DNA from: Candidatus Poseidoniales archaeon
GTDB taxonomy: Archaea; Thermoplasmatota; Poseidoniia; Poseidoniales; Thalassarchaeaceae
Assembly (NCBI GenBank): GCA_028283505.1
Contig: JAPOFX010000002.1
Coordinates: 100,855-164,854 of the forward strand
Direction of reading: 5' to 3'
Length of the DNA stretch: 64,000 nt
The notes beneath the pieces were generated by a model. The model did no database searches and was not told the DNA's origin. It saw only the letters and a program-made list of their open reading frames with translations. The translations under genes and the position numbers were made by a program. Below, in pieces: positions 18,747-28,845 of the stretch (positions are counted from its first letter, which is position 1; each line of letters starts with the position of its first letter).

Positions 18747-20297
18747 CTATTCAACCCAAGCATATCTTCTCTGGCCCTCTAGATCTCCGTCTGCTCCAAT
18801 TCCAATCAACGCGAACTCACCATTTGGAGATAAAACAGATTCATTCCTTGTACCCCTGTGAAGGGACTCGTAGATTGTCTTGTCGATCGGAGTCCTCTTA
18901 GATAGCCTCTCAAACAATTCAAAGCGAGAGGATATTTCCTTCCATTCCTCTTGGACCTCCCCCTCGAATACCTTTGCCTTGGCTCCAGAACCATATCCGC
19001 AGAGACCTACTTTCTCGCCTCCCATATCGGTACCATCCAAATAATCGCTCTCCATTGATGACATTAACGCTAGGAAAATGGAGCCTGTATACTGATTTCC
19101 AATCAAGCTGGAGGCCCTCTGAGTTTTCTCGATTCTTTGCTCTGCGAACTCCTTGAACTCGGCGGTCTTGGAGATTAGCCTCCGATAGAGATCGTTGGCG
19201 CGTTCGAATTCTTCTATTCCCTCTGGGGTCTGAGGAAAGTCTTGCACCATAGGTTCTGGCCCAATCTCCTCAGTGATTGAATCCCAGATAGGGAGATTCC
19301 TTCTGTCATGCCTAAAGACGTCGGGAAACATTCTTTTTCCTTGGAATGCATAAGGGAGATGCACAATAATCCTCATCCACTGCTCAGTGAGAATTTCGTC
19401 CTCCTCTGGGTCATACCTCCCGTCCACAATCGCTTTTGACCTGAAATTTATGAATGCAGTCTTTACTGACTCTGAGTAACACCTATTTGAAAATTGACCG
19501 TCGAAGACTGGCATATCCTTGTGTATCATTAGCTTATCGTTTTCAAACATGATATCATCTTTCTTGGATGAATTTGGCAGATACTTCAGAATCTTTTCTG
19601 CAAGCCCCTCCTTGATCCTCTCCCCACTTTCGCGAGCGACTTCCAACACATTCTCTACTATCATCCTCGTGTTTACTTCCCTTCTGGGTTTGAAGAAGTC
19701 GTGAACGGGCATGGTTGAAACGCCCCAAATATCTGGGATAGCCAGAAGCCTAGGATTGTGACGTATCAGAATCGCTCCTCCACCTGCTCCTTGAGTGTAC
19801 TCCCCGCTAGACTCGAGATCATACTTGGCGTTGTCAGCAAACACAACTATGCCGATTCTGTCCTTAGCCTCTCCACCTCTGGCAACCCAGTCAAGCGTGT
19901 TGTGCATCGCGTCGACTGCTCCTATGCATGCGAATGTCAAATCCACAACATCGCAGTTTCTGAAGCAGTTCTCACCAAATTTACTGGAGTACCTCTGTTC
20001 GAGCATGTCCATGATGTAAGTTGCGGTGGGCTTTGCTCCATCAAGTGCTGATTCTGTTCCCAGGTAAATTCGCCCTATTTTGTTTGGGTCTATATCATTC
20101 CTGTCGATTAGCCTTGAAGCCGCATTGGCCCCCATGGTGGCCGTATCCTCATGAACATCCGGAATTGCCATTGCAGCTAGACCTAGGCCCTTGTTGAGCT
20201 TTCCGAAGTCCGCACCCCTGAAATCAGCAAAATCTCGCATATCAAAGTACAGTCGAGGAAAATGAATTGCGATATCGTCTATGCCCACATCTGACAT
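18747..20297 (-). CDS. hydroxymethylglutaryl-CoA synthase, long (516 aa) form
   Basis: GIDDIAIHFP, LGTESALDGAKP, catalytic Cys region DLTFACIGAVDA, EYTQGAGGGAILI, CGYGSGA. Confidence 0.85.
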   Translation of the reverse strand: MSDVGIDDIAIHFPRLYFDMRDFADFRGADFGKLNKGLGLAAMAIPDVHEDTATMGANAASRLIDRNDIDPNKIGRIYLGTESALDGAKPTATYIMDMLEQRYSSKFGENCFRNCDVVDLTFACIGAVDAMHNTLDWVARGGEAKDRIGIVVFADNAKYDLESSGEYTQGAGGGAILIRHNPRLLAIPDIWGVSTMPVHDFFKPRREVNTRMIVENVLEVARESGERIKEGLAEKILKYLPNSSKKDDIMFENDKLMIHKDMPVFDGQFSNRCYSESVKTAFINFRSKAIVDGRYDPEEDEILTEQWMRIIVHLPYAFQGKRMFPDVFRHDRRNLPIWDSITEEIGPEPMVQDFPQTPEGIEEFERANDLYRRLISKTAEFKEFAEQRIEKTQRASSLIGNQYTGSIFLALMSSMESDYLDGTDMGGEKVGLCGYGSGAKAKVFEGEVQEEWKEISSRFELFERLSKRTPIDKTIYESLHRGTRNESVLSPNGEFALIGIGADGDLEGQRRYAWVE

Positions 20298-20377
20298 AAT
20301 TTCACCGGCACCGCGTGGTAATGGGGGTTATGATACCTGTCCCTAAAAAATCGATCATGAAGTGGAAAAATCCGGGG

Positions 20378-21493
20378 TTAGCTATTCACGGTAATTGATT
20401 CCATACTTTGAATGATTTCTGGATTTCTCTCAAAATATTCTGACAGTGGCTGAAGGATCTCGGATAACGAGTCTGCCACCGCGAGCTTGGCGTCTAAGGG
20501 GTGCACGGTTCCATCTGATACTGCGTCCATGAAACCTTTCGAGTCGGTAAACTTGGAGGGACTGCCGTATTTTGGATCTGGGATGATTGATATTTCTCCC
20601 AAAATAGGGATAATCACGTGTTCGGTAATCTCGAAGATAGCCGAGGAATTGTTTCCGACCTCAAGGAATGCCTTCTTCATCTTTTTTTGCAGTAATTCTT
20701 TCGAGTCATGCAGAATGACAGCGTTGTTTGGGTCTGATTTTGACATCTTATGATCGTAAGAATCCATTCTGCCTCCCGGACCCTTCAATCCTGAAAGCAT
20801 TGGCGTATGGATGCAAGTGGGCTTTGTCCACTCATTCCTGTCTGCAACCTCTCTCATGTACATGTGAGCTTTTCTCTGATCCATCCCGCCAAAGGCAATA
20901 TCCACCTCGAGCTCGAATATATCTGCAGCCTGCAAAGCGGGATAAAAGAATGCTGAAAGATCATGGTCGGAGGAGTCTTCATCCCTCCCCATTATGCTAA
21001 ATGTCCGTCTTACCCTCGACAAGCTCATGTTTTTTGAACATCTCAGGACTCTTTCCCAGTATGCGCCTGAGTCCATAATCTCTGAGGCCCTGATAAATCT
21101 GATTTGCCCCGGCCCGTCGCCAACTTCTGGATGTCCTAGCAACGAACTAAAAACCTCTGACATGTAGTCAGCGGCTAGTGAGATTTTTTCCATGTCTCTG
21201 TCGAATTTATCATTCACCCATGCGTGCCAATCTGCCAGGAGGATTATCACATTAACTCCTTCATCCAGCATATTCCTTATGGTTCGGGAAAGCAATAGCC
21301 AGCCAAGATGTGCCTTCCCGCTGGGCTCCAAGCCGATATATGCCACTAGGTTGTTATCCCCCGAGTGTGATGCCTTTCCAGAAAGAACTTCTTCGACGTG
21401 TTCCCGACCCACAACTTCTAGGCAGCCCGAGAACATCTTTGCTATTTTGTCATGAATGCTATTATCGCGCAATGAGTCGATCTCATTGGACAT
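20378..21493 (-). CDS. tyrS: tyrosine--tRNA ligase (archaeal type)
   Basis: AYIGLEPSGKAHLGW (HIGH region), ILLADWHA, GGMDQRKAHM, KMSKS. ATG 21493 is preceded by AGGTGA. Confidence 0.9.
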   Translation of the reverse strand: MSNEIDSLRDNSIHDKIAKMFSGCLEVVGREHVEEVLSGKASHSGDNNLVAYIGLEPSGKAHLGWLLLSRTIRNMLDEGVNVIILLADWHAWVNDKFDRDMEKISLAADYMSEVFSSLLGHPEVGDGPGQIRFIRASEIMDSGAYWERVLRCSKNMSLSRVRRTFSIMGRDEDSSDHDLSAFFYPALQAADIFELEVDIAFGGMDQRKAHMYMREVADRNEWTKPTCIHTPMLSGLKGPGGRMDSYDHKMSKSDPNNAVILHDSKELLQKKMKKAFLEVGNNSSAIFEITEHVIIPILGEISIIPDPKYGSPSKFTDSKGFMDAVSDGTVHPLDAKLAVADSLSEILQPLSEYFERNPEIIQSMESITVNS

Positions 21494-21502
21494 ATTTATC
21501 AC

Positions 21503-22021
21503 CTAATTGAATAGCTTATTCAGTTTCTCTGCCCTTCCGGCTGCTTTGGTGTTTTCATTAGAGCCCAATGCTTCTTCGATCTCCGCGATTAGCTCTTCCG
21601 CCTTATCCTTCTTATCTTGACCCAGGGATTCTGACATTGCCATGAAATGTCGCGCTGAGGAAACGGCGGATTTGGCTTTCGAGGCCTTCTTCGCCCACTC
21701 CTTGGCCTTGTCTCCCCGTTGCTTCGAGTTGTATCCAGTGGCTTCATCCAAAAACGCAGTCCACCTCTTCCTGTCATCCATAGCCGCCTTCATGGCATCG
21801 GGATCTTCGAAATTGGGAGCGACATTTGTAACGTCAACAATCAAGGCATTCCCCTCAAATCTGCCTGAAATAGATGTCATTATTCCATGAGAGCCAGAAA
21901 AGGACCCGTCTTTACCCGCTTCGATATTATCAAAAAAGCTCCCTGCAAGTGTTGACAACCCTCCTTCTTCCTCGATTTGCTTTACCTTCCCACGTCGTAC
22001 GTCGAATCGCTCCATGACCAT
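21503..22021 (-). CDS. conserved archaeal hypothetical protein with Lys/Ala-rich C-terminal half (possibly DUF5611-like)
   Basis: Clean 172-aa ORF with ATG start, tightly packed upstream of tyrS. The family assignment is from memory only. Confidence 0.55.
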   Translation of the reverse strand: MVMERFDVRRGKVKQIEEEGGLSTLAGSFFDNIEAGKDGSFSGSHGIMTSISGRFEGNALIVDVTNVAPNFEDPDAMKAAMDDRKRWTAFLDEATGYNSKQRGDKAKEWAKKASKAKSAVSSARHFMAMSESLGQDKKDKAEELIAEIEEALGSNENTKAAGRAEKLNKLFN

Positions 22022-22251
22022 GCGCTGGATGGGCCACTATTCAATTCTGTCATTATCGAGGCATGTATTTTGTGTTAAAACGGGCTGTTGTCATCTGCGT
22101 ACGGAAAATGAGGAGGGGGATCTGGAACATGGAACTTGGCAAAAAGGTGGAAACGGCCCAAGCCGCATTTTTTCCCGTGGAGTAGGAGAATAGAAGGAGA
22201 TGTTTCATTCCATACCTTGATGAGTGAAAGTTCACCGCGTTAGCTGATAAT

Positions 22252-23427
22252 ATGCCATTCGAAGCCTTGGACTTCTACGATGTCGACTCGCTCCTGACTG
22301 ACGAGGAAAGGATGGTCAGGGACATGGTAAGAGATTTCGTTGATAACGAAGTCCTCCCAAAAATCGAGCACGCATGCAGGGACGGGGTGTTTCCCGATGA
22401 GTGGAGAGTGACACTTGGAGAGATGGGAGTGCTTGGCGCTCCGCTGAAGGGATATGGGTGCCCAGGACTCTCATACACAGCATATGGGGTAATTTGCAGG
22501 GAGCTCGAGAGGGGCGATAGTGGTCTCCGATCATTCGCGTCTGTGCAAGGTTCACTGGCAATGTACCCAATTTGGGACTTTGGATCTGAAGAGCAAAAAA
22601 ATTACTACCTACCCAAAATGGCCAGTGGGGAGTGGATTGGATGCTTCGGCCTCACAGAGCCTGATTACGGGTCCAATCCAGGAGACATGATTACTAGAGC
22701 CGAGGATATGGGAGACTACTACCTCCTAAATGGTGCAAAAATGTGGATTACTAATGGCTCTATTGCAAAGGTTGCGGTGGTCTGGGCGAAATTGGACGGA
22801 GTTATCCGAGGGTTCATTGTTGAGGATGGCGACGAAGGGTTCTATGCCCCAGAGATGAAGGGCAAACATTCTCTGAAAGCTTCCGTTACGAGTGAGTTGG
22901 TGTTCCAAGATTGTAAAATTCCCAAGGATAGGATTCTTCCCGGGGTTAAAGGACTCAGAGGGCCGTTCTCTTGCCTCAATAACGCCAGATACGGTATATC
23001 CTGGGGCGCCATTGGGGCGGCTCAAGCTTGTTTCGACTCGGCCAAGGAGTACTCACTTAGCAGGATACAATTCGATCATCCAATAGCTTCGTACCAACTC
23101 GTCCAGAACAAACTATCTTGGATGCTCAGGGAGATTACTAAAGCCCAGCTACTCGCATATCACCTATCCCAAAAGAAAGATGCAGGTAATTGGATTCCTG
23201 AGCACATTTCTCTCGCCAAGATGAATAATGTGGATATTGCCTTGGAAATTGCTAGGGTAGCCAGAGACATCCATGGTGCGAACGGAGTACTTGACGAATA
23301 TCCTGTGATGAGGCACATGGCAAATTTAGAGTCCGTGAAAACCTACGAAGGGACACATGACATACACAATCTAATTCTTGGCAGACACATAACGGGGATT
23401 CAGTCATTTACCAGAGATTTAAGCTAG
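22252..23427 (+). CDS. acyl-CoA dehydrogenase, glutaryl-CoA dehydrogenase-like
   Basis: GCFGLTEPDYGSNPGDM, WITNGSIA, ESVKTYEGTHDIH; 391 aa. Confidence 0.88.
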   Translation: MPFEALDFYDVDSLLTDEERMVRDMVRDFVDNEVLPKIEHACRDGVFPDEWRVTLGEMGVLGAPLKGYGCPGLSYTAYGVICRELERGDSGLRSFASVQGSLAMYPIWDFGSEEQKNYYLPKMASGEWIGCFGLTEPDYGSNPGDMITRAEDMGDYYLLNGAKMWITNGSIAKVAVVWAKLDGVIRGFIVEDGDEGFYAPEMKGKHSLKASVTSELVFQDCKIPKDRILPGVKGLRGPFSCLNNARYGISWGAIGAAQACFDSAKEYSLSRIQFDHPIASYQLVQNKLSWMLREITKAQLLAYHLSQKKDAGNWIPEHISLAKMNNVDIALEIARVARDIHGANGVLDEYPVMRHMANLESVKTYEGTHDIHNLILGRHITGIQSFTRDLS

Positions 23428-23491
23428 ACTCTGGAGATTGAATCAGGTCAATCTTGATAGGTGAATCTACAGTCGCGGAACCAGGGATAAC

Positions 23492-24250
23492 ATGAGTATA
23501 GCAGTACTATTGAAGCAAGTTCCTGATACAACAGCCAAGATTGCCGTATCTGGAGGGAGGGTTGATCAAGGTTCGGTGTCGAAATGGTCGACCAGTCCAT
23601 ACGATGAGTATGCACTAGAATACGCTCTCCAATTGAAGGAGTCAGGGGCAGGCGACCTAGTTGCTATTACCTGCGGCCCAGCTAGATCTTCCAAAATGCT
23701 TACAGATGCGGCTGCAGTTGGTGTCGACTCGATGTTGCATGTCGAGGTGGACACTAGCGAAATGGACAGCAAGCAAATTCAATCCATCCTCGCTGCGGCC
23801 GTCAAGCACTGTGACGCGGATGTAATCCTTTGCGGGAAGCAAGCCGCAGACACCAACTCTGGATCGACCGGTCCGGGAGTAGCAAGTCTGATCGACGCAG
23901 CGTGCGTTGGCATGGTCTCTGAAGTCAGTGTGGATGGAGACGGCTTCAGCGCACTAAGAGGAACTCCCACTGGGAATGAGAGGGTTGTGGTTTCAAGGCC
24001 CTGTCTTTTCGCGTTCGACAAAGCGGCGACTGAGCTCAGAAGGCCTAATGTCAAGGGAATCATGATGGCCAAGAAGAAAGTTATCGAGACAGTGAGCCCT
24101 GGAGATTTAGGAGTCGATATCGGAGAGTCTGGCATCAAAATTAATGCGCACGATTCTCCACCAGAAAAGCCCCCTGGGCAAAAATTCGAGGGAGCTGAGT
24201 CGGTCTCGACTGTTGTAACGAAGCTTCGCGAAGAGGCGAATGTAATTTAG
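23492..24250 (+). CDS. etfB: electron transfer flavoprotein beta subunit
   Basis: MSIAVLLKQVPDT, SPYDEYALEYAL, VILCGKQAADTNSGSTG. Confidence 0.9.
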   Translation: MSIAVLLKQVPDTTAKIAVSGGRVDQGSVSKWSTSPYDEYALEYALQLKESGAGDLVAITCGPARSSKMLTDAAAVGVDSMLHVEVDTSEMDSKQIQSILAAAVKHCDADVILCGKQAADTNSGSTGPGVASLIDAACVGMVSEVSVDGDGFSALRGTPTGNERVVVSRPCLFAFDKAATELRRPNVKGIMMAKKKVIETVSPGDLGVDIGESGIKINAHDSPPEKPPGQKFEGAESVSTVVTKLREEANVI

Positions 24251-24267
24251 GAGTAGGAGGATTGAAT

Positions 24268-25185
24268 ATGAACATAACAATTATTGCTGAAACGGGTGGA
24301 AATCGATTGCATGGTGTGACCAGCCAGCTCGTTGGCGCAGCCAATGAATTGGGCGGAACAATCACACTGTTGTGCCCCGGAGGAGTAGGTGAAATTGAGG
24401 CATCTGAGATTTCGGGCGTTTCCAAGGTCATTTCCCTAAAGGGGGATTGCTTCTCGTCCTTCGACAGTGGGGCTTGGTCGACTGTTATGGCACCTCACTG
24501 TGATGGTATTGTAATAGCGTCCTCATCCCCAACAGGTAGGGAATTGGCATCTCAAATAGCCTCAAAAATAGGAGTCCCAGTGGTACAGGATTTGACAGGG
24601 ATTGACCAAGACATGAAGATGACCAGATCGGTATATTCAGGGAAGGCAATTGAGACCTCAACAGCTTCTGGTTCTTGCGTCATAACACTGAGGCAGAATG
24701 CCTTCGAGAGTGCAGGCTCAGGCGGTAACGCTGAACTAATTACTGTAGACAGCACTTCTGAGGTTTCGGTTGCTGTCAAAGAGGCCATGGCAAAGGCAGG
24801 CGAGAGACTAGATGTCTCGGAAGCCGATATTGTAATATCTGGTGGAAGGGGCATGGGGGAGCCTGCAAACTTCTCCCACTTGAATGAGGTGGCCGATGTC
24901 ATCGGTGCCGCCGTCGGCGCAAGTCGGGCGGCTGTTGATTCATGGGATGAGATACCCCACAGCATGCAGGTTGGACAGACTGGGAAGACCGTCAACCCCT
25001 CCTTGTATATTGCCGTAGGAATCAGCGGTGCAATACAACATCTGGCGGGTATGCGTTCCAGCAAGTACATAGTTGCAATAAACAAAGATCCTGATGCCCC
25101 AATTTTTGGAGTAGCAGACTATGGAATAGTTGCCACATGGGAAGAGGCGCTTCCCTCCCTCAAGGAAGAGCTAGCCAAGCTCTAG
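24268..25185 (+). CDS. etfA: electron transfer flavoprotein alpha subunit
   Basis: VISGGRGMG, GASRAAVDSW, QVGQTGKTVNPSLYIAVGISGAIQHLAGM. GGAGG lies 9 nt upstream of ATG 24268. Confidence 0.9.
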   Translation: MNITIIAETGGNRLHGVTSQLVGAANELGGTITLLCPGGVGEIEASEISGVSKVISLKGDCFSSFDSGAWSTVMAPHCDGIVIASSSPTGRELASQIASKIGVPVVQDLTGIDQDMKMTRSVYSGKAIETSTASGSCVITLRQNAFESAGSGGNAELITVDSTSEVSVAVKEAMAKAGERLDVSEADIVISGGRGMGEPANFSHLNEVADVIGAAVGASRAAVDSWDEIPHSMQVGQTGKTVNPSLYIAVGISGAIQHLAGMRSSKYIVAINKDPDAPIFGVADYGIVATWEEALPSLKEELAKL

Positions 25186-26696
25186 TCGGTGACCCTTACA
25201 GTCATACTACTTTCTGACTCCGCCCCCATATTGTCAGTTACTCTGAGAGTGAACACATGAACTCCTGGAGCAAGCCTTACTCTGACTATCTTCGACTGGC
25301 CCAAGTTTCTACCACTACCTGTGCTCCATGACCATGAGACTATCTCCCCATCAGGATCGTATGAGTCGGAGCCATTTAGGATAACATCGACCTTTGAATC
25401 CTCATTAGACGATACGGTGATGTCCTCTCCTGGATTTGCCACAGGAGGGATATTCAGTGAGCGTGCGCTTGACGCCAGAGACTCAAGCAAGTCTCCATTA
25501 TGCCCCTCTTTTTCGTACTCAGTATCTTCAATCGGCTCTGTAATTTCGGAAATTAAATCCTCAATGCCATCTAATGAGGCTCTTCTAGATGCTGCCGATG
25601 ACTCATTCTCTGAGAGCATTCCAGAGTGTTTATGATCTGAAAGTTCAGTGGCCACTGAATCTGATTTACTACTAGTGATATCCTCCTGGGTTACTGCATC
25701 TGGTAGAATTAATGAAATGTGATTACCTGCATTCCCGGCCCCTCCCTTACCAAAAACTACGATCCCCCCGTCATCTATCCTGAGCATCCCTTTCACTAAA
25801 TTTTGGTGCTCGAATGACCAAATTTTCGTCCCCGATTGATTTATTCTTTCGACAAAAAACCAGCATGAGGCGATAATGTCCCCCTCCCATTCCAAAATAT
25901 CCGAAATTGAGTACTCCGATTTTGAAATCGTAGACACCCGTAAATCCTGTTCGATTAGAATTACCTCTCCCTCAAAGCAACCCGCCACATATCCGTTTTG
26001 ACATGGTGCGATACATGTTATCCTCGAAGGTACCTCAGCCTCCATAATTAGCCCTTTCTTGATGTCCCACAGCTCTATCCTATTTACCGCCCTTTCATCG
26101 ACCACTAAGCCTAATGAAGACCTGGAAACGAGGAGTCTGCCCTTCGAGTTCGGACAAATTACGGAAATTACCTCTACGTCATCATCCCTAGGTGGCGAAT
26201 GATGAAATGTCTCTAAATTGGGTCCGAATATGGTCAAAGCTCCTCCTTTACTAGCCACAGCTATGCTATTGCCATCGTCGGACACGTGGATGATATCCGG
26301 TTCGTCGATAGGAGAAGAAAATCCGTACTCCCCTGTGTTGTAGATAGCCGATATCTCATTATTTTCTTGTGAGATGAAAATTTTGTCTCCGGAAAATGAA
26401 GAAACATTGCATTCTTTACCAGAAAAAATATTCTCTATTTGGCCTGTATCGAACACATCTATATCACCCTTCGTATTTACGACGATGGTTCCAATATCTG
26501 TATCATTCATTGCCACAATTAATCCATCATAGGGATGTTTTGAGATCACCTGACATCTTCGGTCAAGGAAGATAATCTCATCGATTAATGATATTGCAAA
26601 ACCATCTTTCGTCTTTACGAAGCATCCAATTTCTTGACTCGCGATCATTCCAGAGGATGCCGCGATTGACTTTTTCATGCTAATAGGACGGGGCAT
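25182..26696 (-). CDS. beta-propeller-like repeat protein with acidic linker and C-terminal PKD domain; no signal peptide seen
   Basis: Repetitive beta-strand-rich N-terminal ~340 aa. The C-terminus (VILNGSDSYDPDGEIVSWSWS...HVFTLRVTDNMGAESESSMTVRV) is a canonical PKD pattern. The start is uncertain (TTG 26732, ATG 26696 or 26678). Confidence 0.62.
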   Translation of the reverse strand: MPRPISMKKSIAASSGMIASQEIGCFVKTKDGFAISLIDEIIFLDRRCQVISKHPYDGLIVAMNDTDIGTIVVNTKGDIDVFDTGQIENIFSGKECNVSSFSGDKIFISQENNEISAIYNTGEYGFSSPIDEPDIIHVSDDGNSIAVASKGGALTIFGPNLETFHHSPPRDDDVEVISVICPNSKGRLLVSRSSLGLVVDERAVNRIELWDIKKGLIMEAEVPSRITCIAPCQNGYVAGCFEGEVILIEQDLRVSTISKSEYSISDILEWEGDIIASCWFFVERINQSGTKIWSFEHQNLVKGMLRIDDGGIVVFGKGGAGNAGNHISLILPDAVTQEDITSSKSDSVATELSDHKHSGMLSENESSAASRRASLDGIEDLISEITEPIEDTEYEKEGHNGDLLESLASSARSLNIPPVANPGEDITVSSNEDSKVDVILNGSDSYDPDGEIVSWSWSTGSGRNLGQSKIVRVRLAPGVHVFTLRVTDNMGAESESSMTVRVTD

Positions 26697-26724
26697 GTTG
26701 GCTTGATATTGACTGTAATCGGAT

Positions 26725-28221
26725 CTAAGCAATTTGTTTGGCTGCGTCGCTCCTCATCTCCTCTATTCGTTTTAGGTATTCTTCGTTTATTCCACCCGTA
26801 ACATAGACCCCATCGAAGCATGAGCAGTCGAAAGTAACTAGACCTGAACCTGAATCTCCCTTGCATGCCTCGACTAAATCGTCCAATTCCTGATAAATCA
26901 TCCAGTCTGCTCCAATAGCCTCGGAGATTTGCTCAATCGTCCTTCCATGTGCGACGTACTCTGACTTTGCAGGCATATCGATACCGTACACATTTGGATG
27001 AATGATCGGAGGGGAACAAGAGGCGAAGTACACCTTTTTTGCTCCAGCTTCCCTTGCCATCGAGATTATTCTTCTCGAGGTATTACCCCTGACAATGCTA
27101 TCGTCCACTATCAGTACTACTTTGTCTCGGAATTCCTCCTGGATTGTGTTTAGTTTCTTTCTCACAGAGTCTTTTCTAACTGACTGCCCAGGCATTATGA
27201 ACGTCCTTCCAATGTATCTATTCTTGACGAATCCTTCCCTGTAGGGGATGTTCAAAACCCTGGCAAGCTCTAATGCGGCGATTCTACCACTGTCCGGGAC
27301 AGCGATTACTGAGTCTATCCCATGATCTGGGAACTTTTCGGATATCCGTCTGGCCAAAGATGCACCCATTCTAATCCTAGAGGAATGGACAGAAATCCCA
27401 TCAATTACCGAGTCTGGCCTGGCGAAATACACGTGTTCGAAAATACAAGGGCTATGGGATACTTCATTCGAGCATTGTTTGGATGTCATCGTGCCGTCCA
27501 TTCTCGCAATTACGGCTTCGCCTGGTGAGACATCCCCTTCATGGCTGAAACCTAGTGTATTGCATGTAGCACTCTCCGAGGAAAATAACCTCTCTGTGAA
27601 CCCATTAACAATACGGCTTCCCATCGAAAGAGGACGGATACCATGGCGGTCCCTAAATGCGATAATGCCCCATCCTGTAATCATTGCAACTACGCTGTAG
27701 CTCCCTTCGGCCCTAAGGTGTAGTCTTTCTATAGCCCTGAAAATGTCTTCTTCTGTGAGCGAAGCGAGCCCTCCCGGCCTCCCGTTGAGGGACCTTTGGA
27801 TCTCTGCAGCGAAGAGATTCAGCAGAGCTTCAGAATCAGAACTGGTATTTATTCTCCTGTGATCGTACTCTAATAGGCCAGAAATGATTTCAGATGTATT
27901 ATTCAGATTTCCATTGTGTGCTAGGCTAACTCCAAAGGGAGTATTTGTGTAGAATGGTTGGGCCTCTGCAACCGAGCTTGAGCCCGCAGTGGGATACCGA
28001 ACATGTCCAATTCCCATTGAGCCTCTGAGAGAATTCGAGTGCTTTGACCTAAAGACGTCACGTACCAGGCCATTGGCCCTTCTGTGTGAGATATTTTCAT
28101 GATCGCTTGTAACAATGCCCGCCGCATCTTGCCCTCTGTGTTGTAGAACCAACAGTCCATCATAAAGTGATTGGGCCACTTGGGAATCGGGATGAGACAA
28201 AATTCCGATGATCCCGCACAT
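26725..28221 (-). CDS. purF: amidophosphoribosyltransferase
   Basis: N-terminal MCGIIGI nucleophile, RGQDAAGI, and PRT motif VVLIVDDSIVRGNTS. Confidence 0.93.
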   Translation of the reverse strand: MCGIIGILSHPDSQVAQSLYDGLLVLQHRGQDAAGIVTSDHENISHRRANGLVRDVFRSKHSNSLRGSMGIGHVRYPTAGSSSVAEAQPFYTNTPFGVSLAHNGNLNNTSEIISGLLEYDHRRINTSSDSEALLNLFAAEIQRSLNGRPGGLASLTEEDIFRAIERLHLRAEGSYSVVAMITGWGIIAFRDRHGIRPLSMGSRIVNGFTERLFSSESATCNTLGFSHEGDVSPGEAVIARMDGTMTSKQCSNEVSHSPCIFEHVYFARPDSVIDGISVHSSRIRMGASLARRISEKFPDHGIDSVIAVPDSGRIAALELARVLNIPYREGFVKNRYIGRTFIMPGQSVRKDSVRKKLNTIQEEFRDKVVLIVDDSIVRGNTSRRIISMAREAGAKKVYFASCSPPIIHPNVYGIDMPAKSEYVAHGRTIEQISEAIGADWMIYQELDDLVEACKGDSGSGLVTFDCSCFDGVYVTGGINEEYLKRIEEMRSDAAKQIA

Positions 28222-28271
28222 CGGCTACCGTACTCCGCTTGAGGGCGAGGGACTTAGCCCTTTCGTGGGGA

Positions 28272-28454
28272 TTACTTACTTCCCATAGAGCGGTTTCTTT
28301 TGCTCCACCTGTACTTTCTGAGCTTGGCGGTCTGACCGTATCCACAACTAGAGCATACAGACTTTGTCTTGTGAAAAGAGTGTCTCCCACATCTTCTGCA
28401 CCTGATGTGTGTGGACTTCTGTCTTTTTCCCATACTTGGAGTACCCTTGGACAT
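28272..28454 (-). CDS. rpl37e: 50S ribosomal protein L37e
   Basis: [28 protein letters not shown]...CSSCGY zinc ribbon. Confidence 0.9.
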   Translation of the reverse strand: MSKGTPSMGKRQKSTHIRCRRCGRHSFHKTKSVCSSCGYGQTAKLRKYRWSKRNRSMGSK

Positions 28455-28533
28455 ACAAACCACCTATTGGACGACGATGCGACCGGAGTGGGTGTTATCA
28501 GCGTTCCCCTCTGCTAGTTGAGATTTTCTTGAC

Positions 28534-28845
28534 CTAGAGTGGTTCATCTTTCCTGTGTTTAAATGATACATTGAACAGTATAATTGCAATGGAGAGATAA
28601 ACGAGAGGGAGAATATTCAGTAAAGAAGAAATCGATTCTGAGACTGAACCCCTAACTATCTCAAGGTAACTGAACCCATCGTTTATCGTCGCGAGGGCTA
28701 GCACACTGATAGACATAGTGGCCAGAGACGAAAGTGCGAGAGGGGCTGGATTGTGGTAGGGGTGATATGCTGAGAATAGATGGATTAGTATGGCCATCGA
28801 GGCGAGGATGATTGATCCGAAAAACACTGTTACAATCTCGCTCAT
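28534..28845 (-). CDS. small integral membrane protein (3 TM), hypothetical
   Basis: Hydrophobic 103-aa ORF whose start overlaps the upstream membrane-protein gene by 4 nt (ATGA-type coupling). Confidence 0.5.
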   Translation of the reverse strand: MSEIVTVFFGSIILASMAILIHLFSAYHPYHNPAPLALSSLATMSISVLALATINDGFSYLEIVRGSVSESISSLLNILPLVYLSIAIILFNVSFKHRKDEPL

